Shown one piece after another: positions 30,452 through 39,576 of a stretch of DNA of 64,000 bases. The translations under genes and the position numbers were made by a program. The notes under the pieces were generated by a model, which was not told the DNA's origin, ran no database searches, and was given only the letters and a program-made list of their open reading frames with translations. The stretch is taken from NCBI GenBank assembly GCA_036676435.1, contig JAKFCV010000003.1, positions 606-64,605 of the forward strand, read 5' to 3'. Source of the DNA: Pedobacter sp. (lineage in GTDB: Bacteria > Bacteroidota > Bacteroidia > Sphingobacteriales > Sphingobacteriaceae). Numbering within the stretch: the first letter of the stretch is position 1; every line of letters begins with the position of its first letter.

Positions 30452-31155
30452 TATCAGATAGTATTCCAAATAATTCTGTTTACCTGATCATCCCGGCCTT
30501 TAATGAATGCGCTTCTATAGGGAAAGTTATCTCAGATGTTCCCAGTACTTTAGTGGAAGAGATAATTGTAATTGACAATGCCTCCACTGATAAAACTTCC
30601 GAAGTTGCCGCTAAAAGTGGGGCCACCGTTCTATTTGAGACCAGAAAAGGCTATGGATTTGCCTGTTTAAAAGGAATTGATTATGTCCGCCCCAAGGCAA
30701 CCGATAATGATATTATTGTATTTATAGATGGCGATTATTCGGATTTCCCGCAGGAATTAAGCATACTGCTTAAACCAATCCAAAGCGGGCTAGCCGACCT
30801 GGTAATTGGTTCCCGAGTTCTGGGTAACAGACAGGCCAATTCCATGTTAATCCAACAGATAGTAGGAAACTGGATCGCTACCCGCTTAATAAAAATACTC
30901 TTCCGTACTCAGTTTACAGATCTTGGCCCATTCAGAGCTATTAAATGGGGCGCATTGGAGAAACTCAAAATGACAGATAAAACTTTCGGTTGGACCGTAG
31001 AAATGCAGGTTAAGGCAGCAAAATTTAAACTAAATTGCCAGGAAGTCCCCGTAAGTTACCGGAAGCGGATTGGTGTGAGTAAGGTGTCTGGCACTATTAA
31101 TGGAGCTTTTATGGCAGGTTATAAAATCTTGCTGACAATCTTTAAAAACATTTAG
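30448..31155 (+). CDS. Soluble GT2 glycosyltransferase, polyprenyl-phosphate sugar synthase-like (DPM1/GtrB-like)
   Basis: IIPAFNE, VIDNASTD and FIDGDYSD motifs. The start ATG overlaps the upstream stop (ATGA at 30448-30451). Confidence 0.85.
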   Translation: MISDSIPNNSVYLIIPAFNECASIGKVISDVPSTLVEEIIVIDNASTDKTSEVAAKSGATVLFETRKGYGFACLKGIDYVRPKATDNDIIVFIDGDYSDFPQELSILLKPIQSGLADLVIGSRVLGNRQANSMLIQQIVGNWIATRLIKILFRTQFTDLGPFRAIKWGALEKLKMTDKTFGWTVEMQVKAAKFKLNCQEVPVSYRKRIGVSKVSGTINGAFMAGYKILLTIFKNI

Positions 31156-31176
31156 GATTAGCTTCCTCAAACGATT

Positions 31177-32649
31177 ATGTTGGAATTTATTGTTATCATC
31201 TTATACTGTGTATTCTTATTTTTTATTATACTCTTTAGTCTAGGGCAACTCGCTCTACTTCTTTCATTTTTAAAGAACAAAAAAAAAGTATTTATCTCGG
31301 TCCCTTTAAAGGTATGGCCGAAAGTTACCGTTCAGCTACCTGTTTTCAATGAACGCTATGTTATAAAAAGGCTTCTCGACAGCGTAACTTCTTTGAACTA
31401 CCCTAAAGATAAACTTGAAATCCAGGTTTTAGATGATTCCACAGATGATACGACCATCATAGCCGCTTCACGTATAGATTTTTTTCGATCTGCGGGGTTT
31501 AATATTGAACACATTTGCCGCCCAAACCGGACAGGATTTAAAGCCGGGGCCTTGCAAAATGGGATTGAAAGATCTTCGGGCGAATTTATAGCCATATTTG
31601 ATGCCGATTTCATTCCAAATCCTGATTTCTTAAGGGAAACTTTACCTCATTTCAGGAAGGAAACAGGAATGGTTCAAACTCGCTGGGGATATATTAATGC
31701 CAAACAATCCTTGTTAACACGTGCTCAGGAAATAGGCTTAAACAGTCATTTTAATATCGATCAGGGAGGGCGGAATAAGGGCGGATATTTTATCAGTTTT
31801 AACGGCACCGCAGGTATCTGGAGAAAAAGCTGCATTACTGACGCAGGCGGGTGGCAAACAGATACACTAACCGAAGATCTTGACTTGAGCTATAGGGCTC
31901 AAATGAAGGGTTGGAAGTTCATCTATTGTCCTGATATCAATTCACCATCTGAACTCCCCTATTTACTAAGTGCGGTACGATCACAACAATTCCGATGGAT
32001 AAAGGGAGGGGTTGAAACATCTAAAAAGCTATTGAGTAATTTATGGAAGTGCCGTTTATCCTTATCAGTAAAACTATTTGCCACTTTCCATCTTCTCAGT
32101 AATTATGTTTATGTCTCCATATTATTTACAGGAATATTAAGCGTACCTGTCATGCTGATTAAGAATATGGTTCCCGGATATGGTATATTTTTTGAATGGA
32201 CCGGTGCATTTTTCATTATATTTCTTATCAATTTCATGTACTGCTTTACGGCAGTCTGGGTTGATAAAAAAGAACTCCGCTCCTCACTCAAAGAAATCTT
32301 TATAGCATTCCCGATAGCCATGCTTGTTTCAATGGGCTTATCCTACCACAATACCAGGGCGGTTTTGTGTGGTTTGATGGGAACAAAATCAAACTTTGTC
32401 AGAACCCCCAAATTTAATAGTGCTAAGCTAACCGATCCGGGTTTTGAATATGCAGGCGAAAATAAAGACAAAAAAATAATCCCTGAGATCCTGCTGTTTC
32501 TCTACTTTCTGGTGGCTGTATTTACGGGATTATATTTTAAAGATTTTGCCTTCCTTTTCTACCACTTCCTCCTTATGGCAGGCTTCGGTTTAATACTCTA
32601 TCTGACATTCAATGAATCCGGAAATATTGTAAATAAAGCAAGTAAATAA
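31177..32649 (+). CDS. Membrane GT2 with the QxxRW motif (processive beta-glycan synthase-like or glycolipid synthase-like)
   Basis: One N-terminal TM helix, VQLPVFNE, LDDSTD, FDADF, TED, QQFRWIKG, then 4-5 C-terminal TM helices. Confidence 0.85.
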   Translation: MLEFIVIILYCVFLFFIILFSLGQLALLLSFLKNKKKVFISVPLKVWPKVTVQLPVFNERYVIKRLLDSVTSLNYPKDKLEIQVLDDSTDDTTIIAASRIDFFRSAGFNIEHICRPNRTGFKAGALQNGIERSSGEFIAIFDADFIPNPDFLRETLPHFRKETGMVQTRWGYINAKQSLLTRAQEIGLNSHFNIDQGGRNKGGYFISFNGTAGIWRKSCITDAGGWQTDTLTEDLDLSYRAQMKGWKFIYCPDINSPSELPYLLSAVRSQQFRWIKGGVETSKKLLSNLWKCRLSLSVKLFATFHLLSNYVYVSILFTGILSVPVMLIKNMVPGYGIFFEWTGAFFIIFLINFMYCFTAVWVDKKELRSSLKEIFIAFPIAMLVSMGLSYHNTRAVLCGLMGTKSNFVRTPKFNSAKLTDPGFEYAGENKDKKIIPEILLFLYFLVAVFTGLYFKDFAFLFYHFLLMAGFGLILYLTFNESGNIVNKASK

Positions 32650-32650
32650 T

Positions 32651-34012
32651 TTAGCCTGAGATTGCATTGATAATATCATACTGAGTGATAATTTCAATAT
32701 TTCCCGTTTCATCCTCAACCAGAACAGCCATATTATCCTTGTTAATTATGGAAGATATTTTATCAATAGAGGTATTTAAATCTATAAATGGGAAGGAAGC
32801 TGTCATAATTTCTTTGATGCTTCCTGATTTTAAGACCGGATTATCCAGCACGGAGTTTAAAATATCACTTTCTGTAAGCTTTCCGATGATCATACCCTGC
32901 TGGGTAACCGGAATTTGAGATATATTCAAGGATTTAATAGTATTGATAGCTTCCAGGACAGTTTTCTCACAATCAATAGTTATAATCTCCTGACGACCCC
33001 GTTTGGATAGAATAGATTTAGCTGTAAGCTTTTCATCCGCTAAGAAACCTCTCTCACGCAACCAATCTTCATTATACATTTTACCCATATATCTTGACCC
33101 ATGATCATGAAATATAATAACAACTACATCATCTTCCCCCAGTTCATGTTTTAACTGTAAAAGACCCGCAACAGCAGACCCTGCTGAATTCCCTGCGAAA
33201 ATACCTTCCTTCCTTGCAATTTCACGGGTCATTAAAGCCGCATCCTTATCAGTAACCTTCTCGAACCGGTCGATCACATTAAAATCCACATTTCTGGGTA
33301 AGAAATCCTCACCTATCCCCTCAGTAATATATGGATAGATCTCATTTTTGTCAAACTCACCCGTTTCCTTGAACTTCTTAAATACGGATCCGTATGTATC
33401 TATCCCCCATATTTTGATACCTGGATTTTGTTCTTTCAGATATTTGCCAGCTCCGGAGATTGTTCCACCTGTTCCTACACCAACAACCAGGTGGGTAATT
33501 TTTCCTTCGGTCTGCTTCCAAATTTCAGGACCCGTTTGCTCATAATGTGCCTGAGAATTTGAAAGATTATCATATTGGTTAGGCTTCCATGAATTAGGCA
33601 CTTCCCTCTCCAGGCGGGTTGAAACAGAATAATAAGACCTCGGATCTTCAGGCTCAACATTGGTAGGACAAACGATCACTTCCGCTCCGAAAGCACGCAA
33701 TGCATCAACTTTTTCTTTCGACTGTTTATCGGTAGTTGTAAAAATGCATTTGTAACCTTTAACAACAGCTGCAATAGCCAGTCCCATACCCGTATTACCA
33801 GAGGTTCCTTCAATGATAGTACCACCCGGCTTTAACTTCCCTTCCCGTTCCGCATCTTCGATCATCTTAACAGCCATCCGGTCCTTTATTGAATTTCCGG
33901 GATTAGTTGTTTCGATTTTTGCTAAAACAGTAGCCTTAATATCTTTAGTTATAGAATTTAATCTGACCAAGGGAGTATTGCCGATGGTTTCAAGAATGTT
34001 GTTATACCACAT
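32651..34012 (-). CDS. PLP-dependent cystathionine beta-synthase / cysteine synthase-like enzyme with a C-terminal CBS pair
   Basis: IGNTPLV, NPGNSIKDR (PLP lysine) and GTSGNTG motifs, plus two CBS-like modules in the C-terminal roughly 120 aa. Confidence 0.9.
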   Translation of the reverse strand: MWYNNILETIGNTPLVRLNSITKDIKATVLAKIETTNPGNSIKDRMAVKMIEDAEREGKLKPGGTIIEGTSGNTGMGLAIAAVVKGYKCIFTTTDKQSKEKVDALRAFGAEVIVCPTNVEPEDPRSYYSVSTRLEREVPNSWKPNQYDNLSNSQAHYEQTGPEIWKQTEGKITHLVVGVGTGGTISGAGKYLKEQNPGIKIWGIDTYGSVFKKFKETGEFDKNEIYPYITEGIGEDFLPRNVDFNVIDRFEKVTDKDAALMTREIARKEGIFAGNSAGSAVAGLLQLKHELGEDDVVVIIFHDHGSRYMGKMYNEDWLRERGFLADEKLTAKSILSKRGRQEIITIDCEKTVLEAINTIKSLNISQIPVTQQGMIIGKLTESDILNSVLDNPVLKSGSIKEIMTASFPFIDLNTSIDKISSIINKDNMAVLVEDETGNIEIITQYDIINAISG

Positions 34013-34190
34013 AGCACAAATTTAAGCAATTAAGAACTCAAACCGAAGGATAAATGCCAATAGCGCTTCCTATTCAAACATAATTTGGTTTCAGCAGTAA
34101 AACTAGAATTAAGTTTGGCAATGCAATCTCCCCACCCATTTAAACCAATGGAAATTCGGGCACTTTACTGGTGTTTGAAACCAAATTCTT

Positions 34191-35054
34191 CTAAAACTTC
34201 AGGTGTTTAACTGTAAGTCCGTTATTAATAAGCTGCTTTAAGGAATCAATACCCACGAGCAGGTGAGTTTCTACATATTCTTCCGTGACTTTAGAATCAC
34301 TATCGGCAGTTTTGACACCTTCAGGTATCATAGGCTGATCAGAAACCAGAAGTAAGGCTCCGGTAGGAATTTTATTAGCAAAGCCTGTAGTAAATATGGT
34401 AGCAGTTTCCATATCCACGGCCATGGCCCTTAAGCTTTTTAGATATTTTTTAAAAACTTTATCGTGTTCCCATACGCGGCGGTTGGTAGTGTATACCGTT
34501 CCTGTCCAGTAATCACGCGAATGGTCACGAATAGTGGTGGATATTGCCTTCTGCAAAGCAAAGGCGGGTAAGGCAGGAACTTCAGGAGGAAAATAATCAT
34601 TTGAGGTTCCCTCTCCTCTGATAGCAGCAATGGGCAGGATAAGATCGCCGATTTTATTTTTACTCTTTAATCCGCCGCATTTGCCCAGAAAAAGAACAGC
34701 TTTGGGTTTTATTGCAGTTAAAAGATCCATCATGGTTGCCGCCATCGGACTTCCCATCCCAAAATTAATGATTGTAATCCCATTTGCTGAAACACTCTGC
34801 ATAGGCTTATCTAAGCCCATTATGGGGGCATTACCATTCCATTCGGAGAAAAGAGTTAAATATCTGGAAAAATTGGTAAGCAGTATGAAAGAAGTGAAAT
34901 CACTTAGGGGTCTTCCTGTATATCTGGGCAGCCAGTTATGCACGATATCCTCTTTATTCTTAAGTCCCTTTTTGACTGGGGATTCGACCTCTTTAACTTT
35001 TTTGGGCTGCTTAGCCTCTGAGAGTTCCTTTTTAACCTCTTTTTCTTCGTTCAT
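34191..35054 (-). CDS. Nucleoside phosphorylase-fold enzyme (short AMP nucleosidase-like) with a Lys/Glu-rich N-terminal extension
   Basis: PNP_UDP-fold motifs (GMGSPMAA, GKCGG, AVDMETA). The first roughly 40 aa are KE-rich low complexity. Confidence 0.7.
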   Translation of the reverse strand: MNEEKEVKKELSEAKQPKKVKEVESPVKKGLKNKEDIVHNWLPRYTGRPLSDFTSFILLTNFSRYLTLFSEWNGNAPIMGLDKPMQSVSANGITIINFGMGSPMAATMMDLLTAIKPKAVLFLGKCGGLKSKNKIGDLILPIAAIRGEGTSNDYFPPEVPALPAFALQKAISTTIRDHSRDYWTGTVYTTNRRVWEHDKVFKKYLKSLRAMAVDMETATIFTTGFANKIPTGALLLVSDQPMIPEGVKTADSDSKVTEEYVETHLLVGIDSLKQLINNGLTVKHLKF

Positions 35055-35073
35055 AGATCCCTTTTATATTATA

Positions 35074-35100
35074 CAAAAAAACCCCGATTTTTTCGGGGTT
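35074..35100 (-). terminator. Rho-independent terminator after clpX
   Basis: Stem AACCCCGA / TCGGGGTT, with a T-run on the minus strand. Confidence 0.8.
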
Positions 35101-35106
35101 CTCTAA

Positions 35107-36345
35107 TTAGGCTACTTTTAATTTTTTAAGATCGGATTTTTCAAACTTATCCATGGCGTAATCAAGTGTAATAAAAAGTTCCTTTCCGGTTTTACCAGAT
35201 GGAGTTTCATACATTGCATCGATCATGATCGCCTCACAGATAGATCGAAGACCACGGGCCCCGAGTTTAAACTCCATTGCTTTATCAACAATAAACTCCA
35301 TCACCTCCTTATCGAACTCAAGCTTAACATTCTCATATTCGAACAATTTCTTGTACTGCTTTATCAGGGAATTTTTCGGATCAACCAAAATGCTTAGCAG
35401 AGTATCACGATCCAGCGGATTTAAATGTGTGATAACCGGCAAGCGTCCTATTAATTCGGGAATGAGTCCGAAAGATTTTAAATCCTGGGGAGTTATATAT
35501 TTATATAAGTTCTTCAGATCAATGGTAAATTCATCCTTGTCAACCTTATAACCCACCGTCTGAGTGCGAAGTCTGTTGGCAATTTTCTTTTCAATTCCAT
35601 CAAATGCTCCACCACAGATGAACAATATATTATTGGTATTTACAGCGATCATCTTCTGGTCAGGATGCTTTCTTCCACCCTGAGGGGGAACGTTTACTAT
35701 GGTTCCTTCAAGGATCTTTAAAAGAGCTTGCTGAACGCCTTCACCTGATACATCACGAGTTATTGAAGGATTATCACTTTTTCTCGCAATCTTATCAACC
35801 TCATCAATATAGACAATACCGCGTTCTGCCGAAGTAATATCATAATCAGCGGCCTGAAGTAAACGGGTAAGAATGCTTTCCACATCCTCGCCTACATAAC
35901 CCGCTTCGGTTAACACAGTAGCATCACAGATACAAAAAGGCACATTTAATACCCTTGCTATTGTTTTAGCCAAAAGTGTTTTTCCTGTCCCTGTTTCGCC
36001 AACCATGATAATGTTCGACTTTTCAATCTCCACTTCATCCTTGCCTATCTTTTGATTGAGACGTTTGTAGTGATTATAAACAGCAACAGAAAGAATTTTT
36101 TTTGCCTGATCCTGACCGATTACATATTGATCGAGGTGAGTTTTTATTTCAACAGGCTTTAAAAGAGTTTCAAATGCCTGAGTAGATTTAGTTTTACGGA
36201 CATTAAGTTCTTCAGCAAGTATCTGATTCGCCTGCGCAACACATTTATCACATATATGCGCATCAAGTCCTGCTATAAGCATTAGCGTATCCTGCTTGCC
36301 TGAACCGCAGAATGAACATTTAACGTCTTTATTTGCTTTGCTCAT
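35107..36345 (-). CDS. clpX: ATP-dependent Clp protease ATP-binding subunit ClpX
   Basis: N-terminal zinc-binding CSFCG...CDKC, Walker A GETGTGKT, IVYIDEVDK and sensor regions. Confidence 0.97.
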   Translation of the reverse strand: MSKANKDVKCSFCGSGKQDTLMLIAGLDAHICDKCVAQANQILAEELNVRKTKSTQAFETLLKPVEIKTHLDQYVIGQDQAKKILSVAVYNHYKRLNQKIGKDEVEIEKSNIIMVGETGTGKTLLAKTIARVLNVPFCICDATVLTEAGYVGEDVESILTRLLQAADYDITSAERGIVYIDEVDKIARKSDNPSITRDVSGEGVQQALLKILEGTIVNVPPQGGRKHPDQKMIAVNTNNILFICGGAFDGIEKKIANRLRTQTVGYKVDKDEFTIDLKNLYKYITPQDLKSFGLIPELIGRLPVITHLNPLDRDTLLSILVDPKNSLIKQYKKLFEYENVKLEFDKEVMEFIVDKAMEFKLGARGLRSICEAIMIDAMYETPSGKTGKELFITLDYAMDKFEKSDLKKLKVA

Positions 36346-37046
36346 TATTTTTTATCTCCGGTTCCAACTAATACTTCGTCAATCATACCAAATTCCTTGG
36401 CTTCACTTGCGATCATCCAGTAATCACGGTCAGATGCTTTTTCAACCCAGTCATAGCTCTGACCGGAGTGTTTAGCTATAATATCGTAAAGCTCTTTCTT
36501 CAATTTAAGCATTTCCCTCAAATTAATTTCCATATCGGAAGCTACACCCTGAGCACCGCCCGATGGCTGATGGATCATTACCCTTGAGTGAGGTAATGCA
36601 GCTCTTTTTCCTTTTGTACCCGCACAAAGCAAAACGGCAGCCATTGAAGCAGCCATTCCGGTACATATTGTAGCTACATCAGGACTTATGTACTGCATCG
36701 TATCATAAATACCCAAACCGGCATAAACAGATCCTCCGGGTGAATTGATATATATCTGGATATCCCTTTTAGCGTCCGTTGATTGAAGAAATAATAACTG
36801 AGCCTGAATAATATTGGCTATCCCTTCATGAACGGCATCTCCCAGAAAAATTATACGGTCCATCATCAAACGCGAAAACACGTCCATCTGAGCTACGTTC
36901 AATTGACGCTCTTCAATAATATAAGGTGTCATTGCTGAGGGTAAAGCTGCATTCTGAACCCTCCCAATAAAACTATCTACATGCTGACTGCCAATACGAT
37001 GATGTTTAACAGCATATTTTCTGAATTCGTTTTTATCAATGTTCAT
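36345..37046 (-). CDS. clpP: ATP-dependent Clp protease proteolytic subunit ClpP
   Basis: Catalytic Ser context GMAASMAA, His context IHQP and overall ClpP length. Its stop overlaps the clpX start by 1 nt (TAATG). Confidence 0.95.
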   Translation of the reverse strand: MNIDKNEFRKYAVKHHRIGSQHVDSFIGRVQNAALPSAMTPYIIEERQLNVAQMDVFSRLMMDRIIFLGDAVHEGIANIIQAQLLFLQSTDAKRDIQIYINSPGGSVYAGLGIYDTMQYISPDVATICTGMAASMAAVLLCAGTKGKRAALPHSRVMIHQPSGGAQGVASDMEINLREMLKLKKELYDIIAKHSGQSYDWVEKASDRDYWMIASEAKEFGMIDEVLVGTGDKK

Positions 37047-37121
37047 TTTGACTATTATTCTATTAAGTTAATGAGTTAATTTCTAAGCCTTGTAAAAGAA
37101 TAGTCAAAATTTTGAAGTTTA

Positions 37122-38468
37122 TTATTTCAGCTCCAAAAATTTATTGTATTCGATTTTTTTGACATCTAAAGTTACTATACCTTTTAGATAATCAAAAACA
37201 TGCTGTGCTTTCACTTCCTCAAAAATGCGATTTGCATTTTCTTTATCCTGCAGGAATTGTGCAGTATATTGACCCAACTGCTCTTCGGAAAGAGGCTGTG
37301 GACTATACATACGAAACTGTGCGTCAAGTCGTTTTTTAGCCGTTGCAAACACTTCTTCGTATTTAATTTCAAGTTTATTATCCTTTATTATTTTATTCTC
37401 AATTAATGTCCATCTGAGGTTACGGGCAAAATCATCATAGCCCTTTTGAAGTTCCTCATCGCTGAGTTTTTCATTTGTGGCTTTTAACCAACGCTTTAAA
37501 AACTCATCCGGAAGCTTTAAACTAACCTTATCAAGTCCAAACTGTAACAGATCGGCCTGAAGCTTCTGATCAGCATTCTGAACCATCATGGATTCAAGTT
37601 CCTCCCTGATCTTTTCTCTGAATTCCTCTTCAGATTTCACAACATCCGCACCAAATAATTTATCAAAGAACTCCTGATTAAGATCACCTTCTTCCAAACG
37701 ATTAATGTTTTTAACCGTTAACTCGAATTTGGACTTCAAATCCTGAGCATCCTCCTCAGATATATTGAGCACTTTCGCTATAATATCTGCATTTCCACCA
37801 AACGCTTTCTGGATATTAAATTCAATGACATCCTCTTTTTTCAATCCGATTAAGGATTTTTTTATCTTTTCGTCAGAAACCTGATCTAAACGAATAGATG
37901 CTGTATTGCTAATTCCTTCTTCAAAAACAGAACCATCAGCCGAAAGCTGCTTTAATTCGGCATACAAAACATCATCCTCTGCCGATACGTCCGGATTTGA
38001 CATTTTGCCATAACTTTTCCGAAGATTGGTTATTCTTGATGCCAGTGTCTCTTCATCAACCTTAACTTCATAATAAGTTAATTTATCCTTTGATGAAAAA
38101 TCAAGATTAAATTCCGGCGCCAGTCCCAGTTCGTAAATAAACTCGAACTGATCTGTAAAATCCCAGTTAAACTCTTTATTATCATCAATTCTGGGTAATG
38201 GCTGACCAAGAACTTCCAGCTTATTTTCACTGATATAATTATTTAACGTATCGTTAAGGATATTGTTGATCTCATCAACCAAAATATTCTTTCCATACAT
38301 TTTTTTTATGTGTGCCGCTGGCACCATACCCGGACGAAATCCCGGGAGCTTTGCCTTCTTCGCCTGCGCTTTGATCGCTTTTTCTACACGATCTTTGTAA
38401 TCTTCAGGATTAATCTTAACTGTTAGTACAGAATTCAGATCATCTATTTTGTCCTGTGAAATGTTCAT
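37122..38468 (-). CDS. tig: Trigger factor
   Basis: N-terminal ribosome-binding signature GFRPGMVP and the conserved position upstream of clpP-clpX. The track start at 38495 is a TTG; I trimmed it to the ATG at 38468 (MNISQDK). Confidence 0.9.
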   Translation of the reverse strand: MNISQDKIDDLNSVLTVKINPEDYKDRVEKAIKAQAKKAKLPGFRPGMVPAAHIKKMYGKNILVDEINNILNDTLNNYISENKLEVLGQPLPRIDDNKEFNWDFTDQFEFIYELGLAPEFNLDFSSKDKLTYYEVKVDEETLASRITNLRKSYGKMSNPDVSAEDDVLYAELKQLSADGSVFEEGISNTASIRLDQVSDEKIKKSLIGLKKEDVIEFNIQKAFGGNADIIAKVLNISEEDAQDLKSKFELTVKNINRLEEGDLNQEFFDKLFGADVVKSEEEFREKIREELESMMVQNADQKLQADLLQFGLDKVSLKLPDEFLKRWLKATNEKLSDEELQKGYDDFARNLRWTLIENKIIKDNKLEIKYEEVFATAKKRLDAQFRMYSPQPLSEEQLGQYTAQFLQDKENANRIFEEVKAQHVFDYLKGIVTLDVKKIEYNKFLELK

Positions 38469-38491
38469 TTTATGGGTTTTATTTCGTTTAT

Positions 38492-38524
38492 ACAAAAATT
38501 CCCCGGTTTTATAGCCGGGGAATT
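38492..38524 (-). terminator. Rho-independent terminator after tRNA-Leu
   Basis: Stem AATTCCCCGG / CCGGGGAATT, with a T-run on the minus strand. Confidence 0.75.
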
Positions 38525-38529
38525 ATCTG

Positions 38530-38611
38530 TGCGGATGAAGGGACTCGAACCCCCACGCCGTGAAGCGCCAGATCCTAAGTCTGGTGCGGCTACCAATTAC
38601 GCCACATCCGC
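38530..38611 (-). tRNA. tRNA-Leu, anticodon UAG
   Basis: The reverse complement folds as a cloverleaf. Acceptor stem is GCGGATG/CATCCGC. Anticodon arm is CCAGA-CTTAGGA-TCTGG, giving anticodon TAG. It has a long variable arm and a GTTCGAGTC T-loop region. CCA is not encoded. Confidence 0.9.
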
Positions 38612-38640
38612 ATTTTAGGATTATTTTCGAAATACTATCT

Positions 38641-38648
38641 CAAATGTA
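38641..38648 (-). promoter_or_regulatory. Candidate -7 promoter box (TAnnTTTG) for tRNA-Leu
   Basis: TACATTTG on the minus strand lies about 29 nt upstream of the mature tRNA 5' end. Confidence 0.35.
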
Positions 38649-38746
38649 GTGCCACCGCAGCGAACTTTGAAGGCATTTAATATATATTTCGGTCGGCAAA
38701 ACTAACGTTTTTCCTTATATATACAAAATGTAATCTGCTTATTATT

Positions 38747-39547
38747 TTATGAAAGGGATCGGAGCTTATCAGACAGCATTTGTAAATAGCCTGGTGTTTG
38801 AAGAAGGCGGCTTCCGTACCAGGAGAATAATTCCCCATCCACTATGATAACTTTTGCATGGGGAAAGAGCTTCTTCATTTCTATAACATGCACCTGCTTA
38901 AACGGATACGGCTCTGAGGAAAGAAAAATCACATCAGGATTGCTTTCCCTTAATTCATCGATATTCATCACAGGATACCGGTCAGATTTAGTCGCATTGA
39001 TATACCCGCCGCGAATAAGCATCTCATTAATAAATGTTTTATTACCCGCCAGCATGTAAGGATCTTTCCATATAAAGTATAATGCCTTCAGTTTTAATTG
39101 GTCATTTAATTTTAAGTCATCAAATCTTTGCCGGATCCGGCACACCATTTCCTCAGCTTTGTCCTCCCTGTCAATTAAACTACCGATCAGGCTGATCATC
39201 TGCATTGCATCATCCAGGCCGGATATATCACTCATCCATACCGGAAATTCCATCATAAGTGTTTCTATCTGGCTTTTGTCATTCTCTTCTTTGTTTCCAA
39301 TGATAAGATCCGGCTTTATATCCCGGATCTTATCCAGATCCAGTTTCTTCGTTCCGCCTATTTTTAATGTGGAATTAAATCTCTCACGGGGATGAACACA
39401 AAATTTTGTAATACCTGCCACTTCCCTGTCCAGGCCAAGGTCAAAAAGTAATTCTGTTTGTGAAGGAACCAGAGAAATTATCCTTAATGGCGGATATGGG
39501 ACAGAAATAACCCGCCCCAGCTGATCGGTAAATGTGCGGTTTTGCAT
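38747..39547 (-). CDS. BtuF/FhuD-like class III (helical-backbone) substrate-binding protein with no signal peptide
   Basis: The pattern RIISLVPSQTELLFDLGL...VAGIT...KPDLIIGN is typical of cobalamin/siderophore-binding proteins. The N-terminus MQNRTFTDQLGR has no hydrophobic signal or lipobox. Confidence 0.8.
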   Translation of the reverse strand: MQNRTFTDQLGRVISVPYPPLRIISLVPSQTELLFDLGLDREVAGITKFCVHPRERFNSTLKIGGTKKLDLDKIRDIKPDLIIGNKEENDKSQIETLMMEFPVWMSDISGLDDAMQMISLIGSLIDREDKAEEMVCRIRQRFDDLKLNDQLKLKALYFIWKDPYMLAGNKTFINEMLIRGGYINATKSDRYPVMNIDELRESNPDVIFLSSEPYPFKQVHVIEMKKLFPHAKVIIVDGELFSWYGSRLLQTPGYLQMLSDKLRSLS

Positions 39548-39564
39548 ACTTTTACAAATTAAGT

Positions 39565-39572
39565 CAAATTTA
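39565..39572 (-). promoter_or_regulatory. Candidate -7 promoter box (TAnnTTTG) for the BtuF-like gene
   Basis: TAAATTTG on the minus strand lies 17 nt upstream of the ATG at 39547, inside the 29-nt divergent intergenic gap. Confidence 0.4.
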
Positions 39573-39576
39573 ACGA

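Noticed and set aside
34013-34190. Possible SAM or other riboswitch in the 178-nt leader upstream of the CBS-domain cystathionine beta-synthase-like gene
   Set aside because: Reading the minus strand, I could not recognise the conserved cores of SAM-I, SAM-II or SAM/SAH classes, or a convincing multi-stem fold. A covariance-model scan would be needed, so I make no call.
39548-39576. Cobalamin riboswitch upstream of the BtuF-like gene
   Set aside because: The intergenic gap is only 29 nt, far too short for a roughly 200-nt cobalamin riboswitch.
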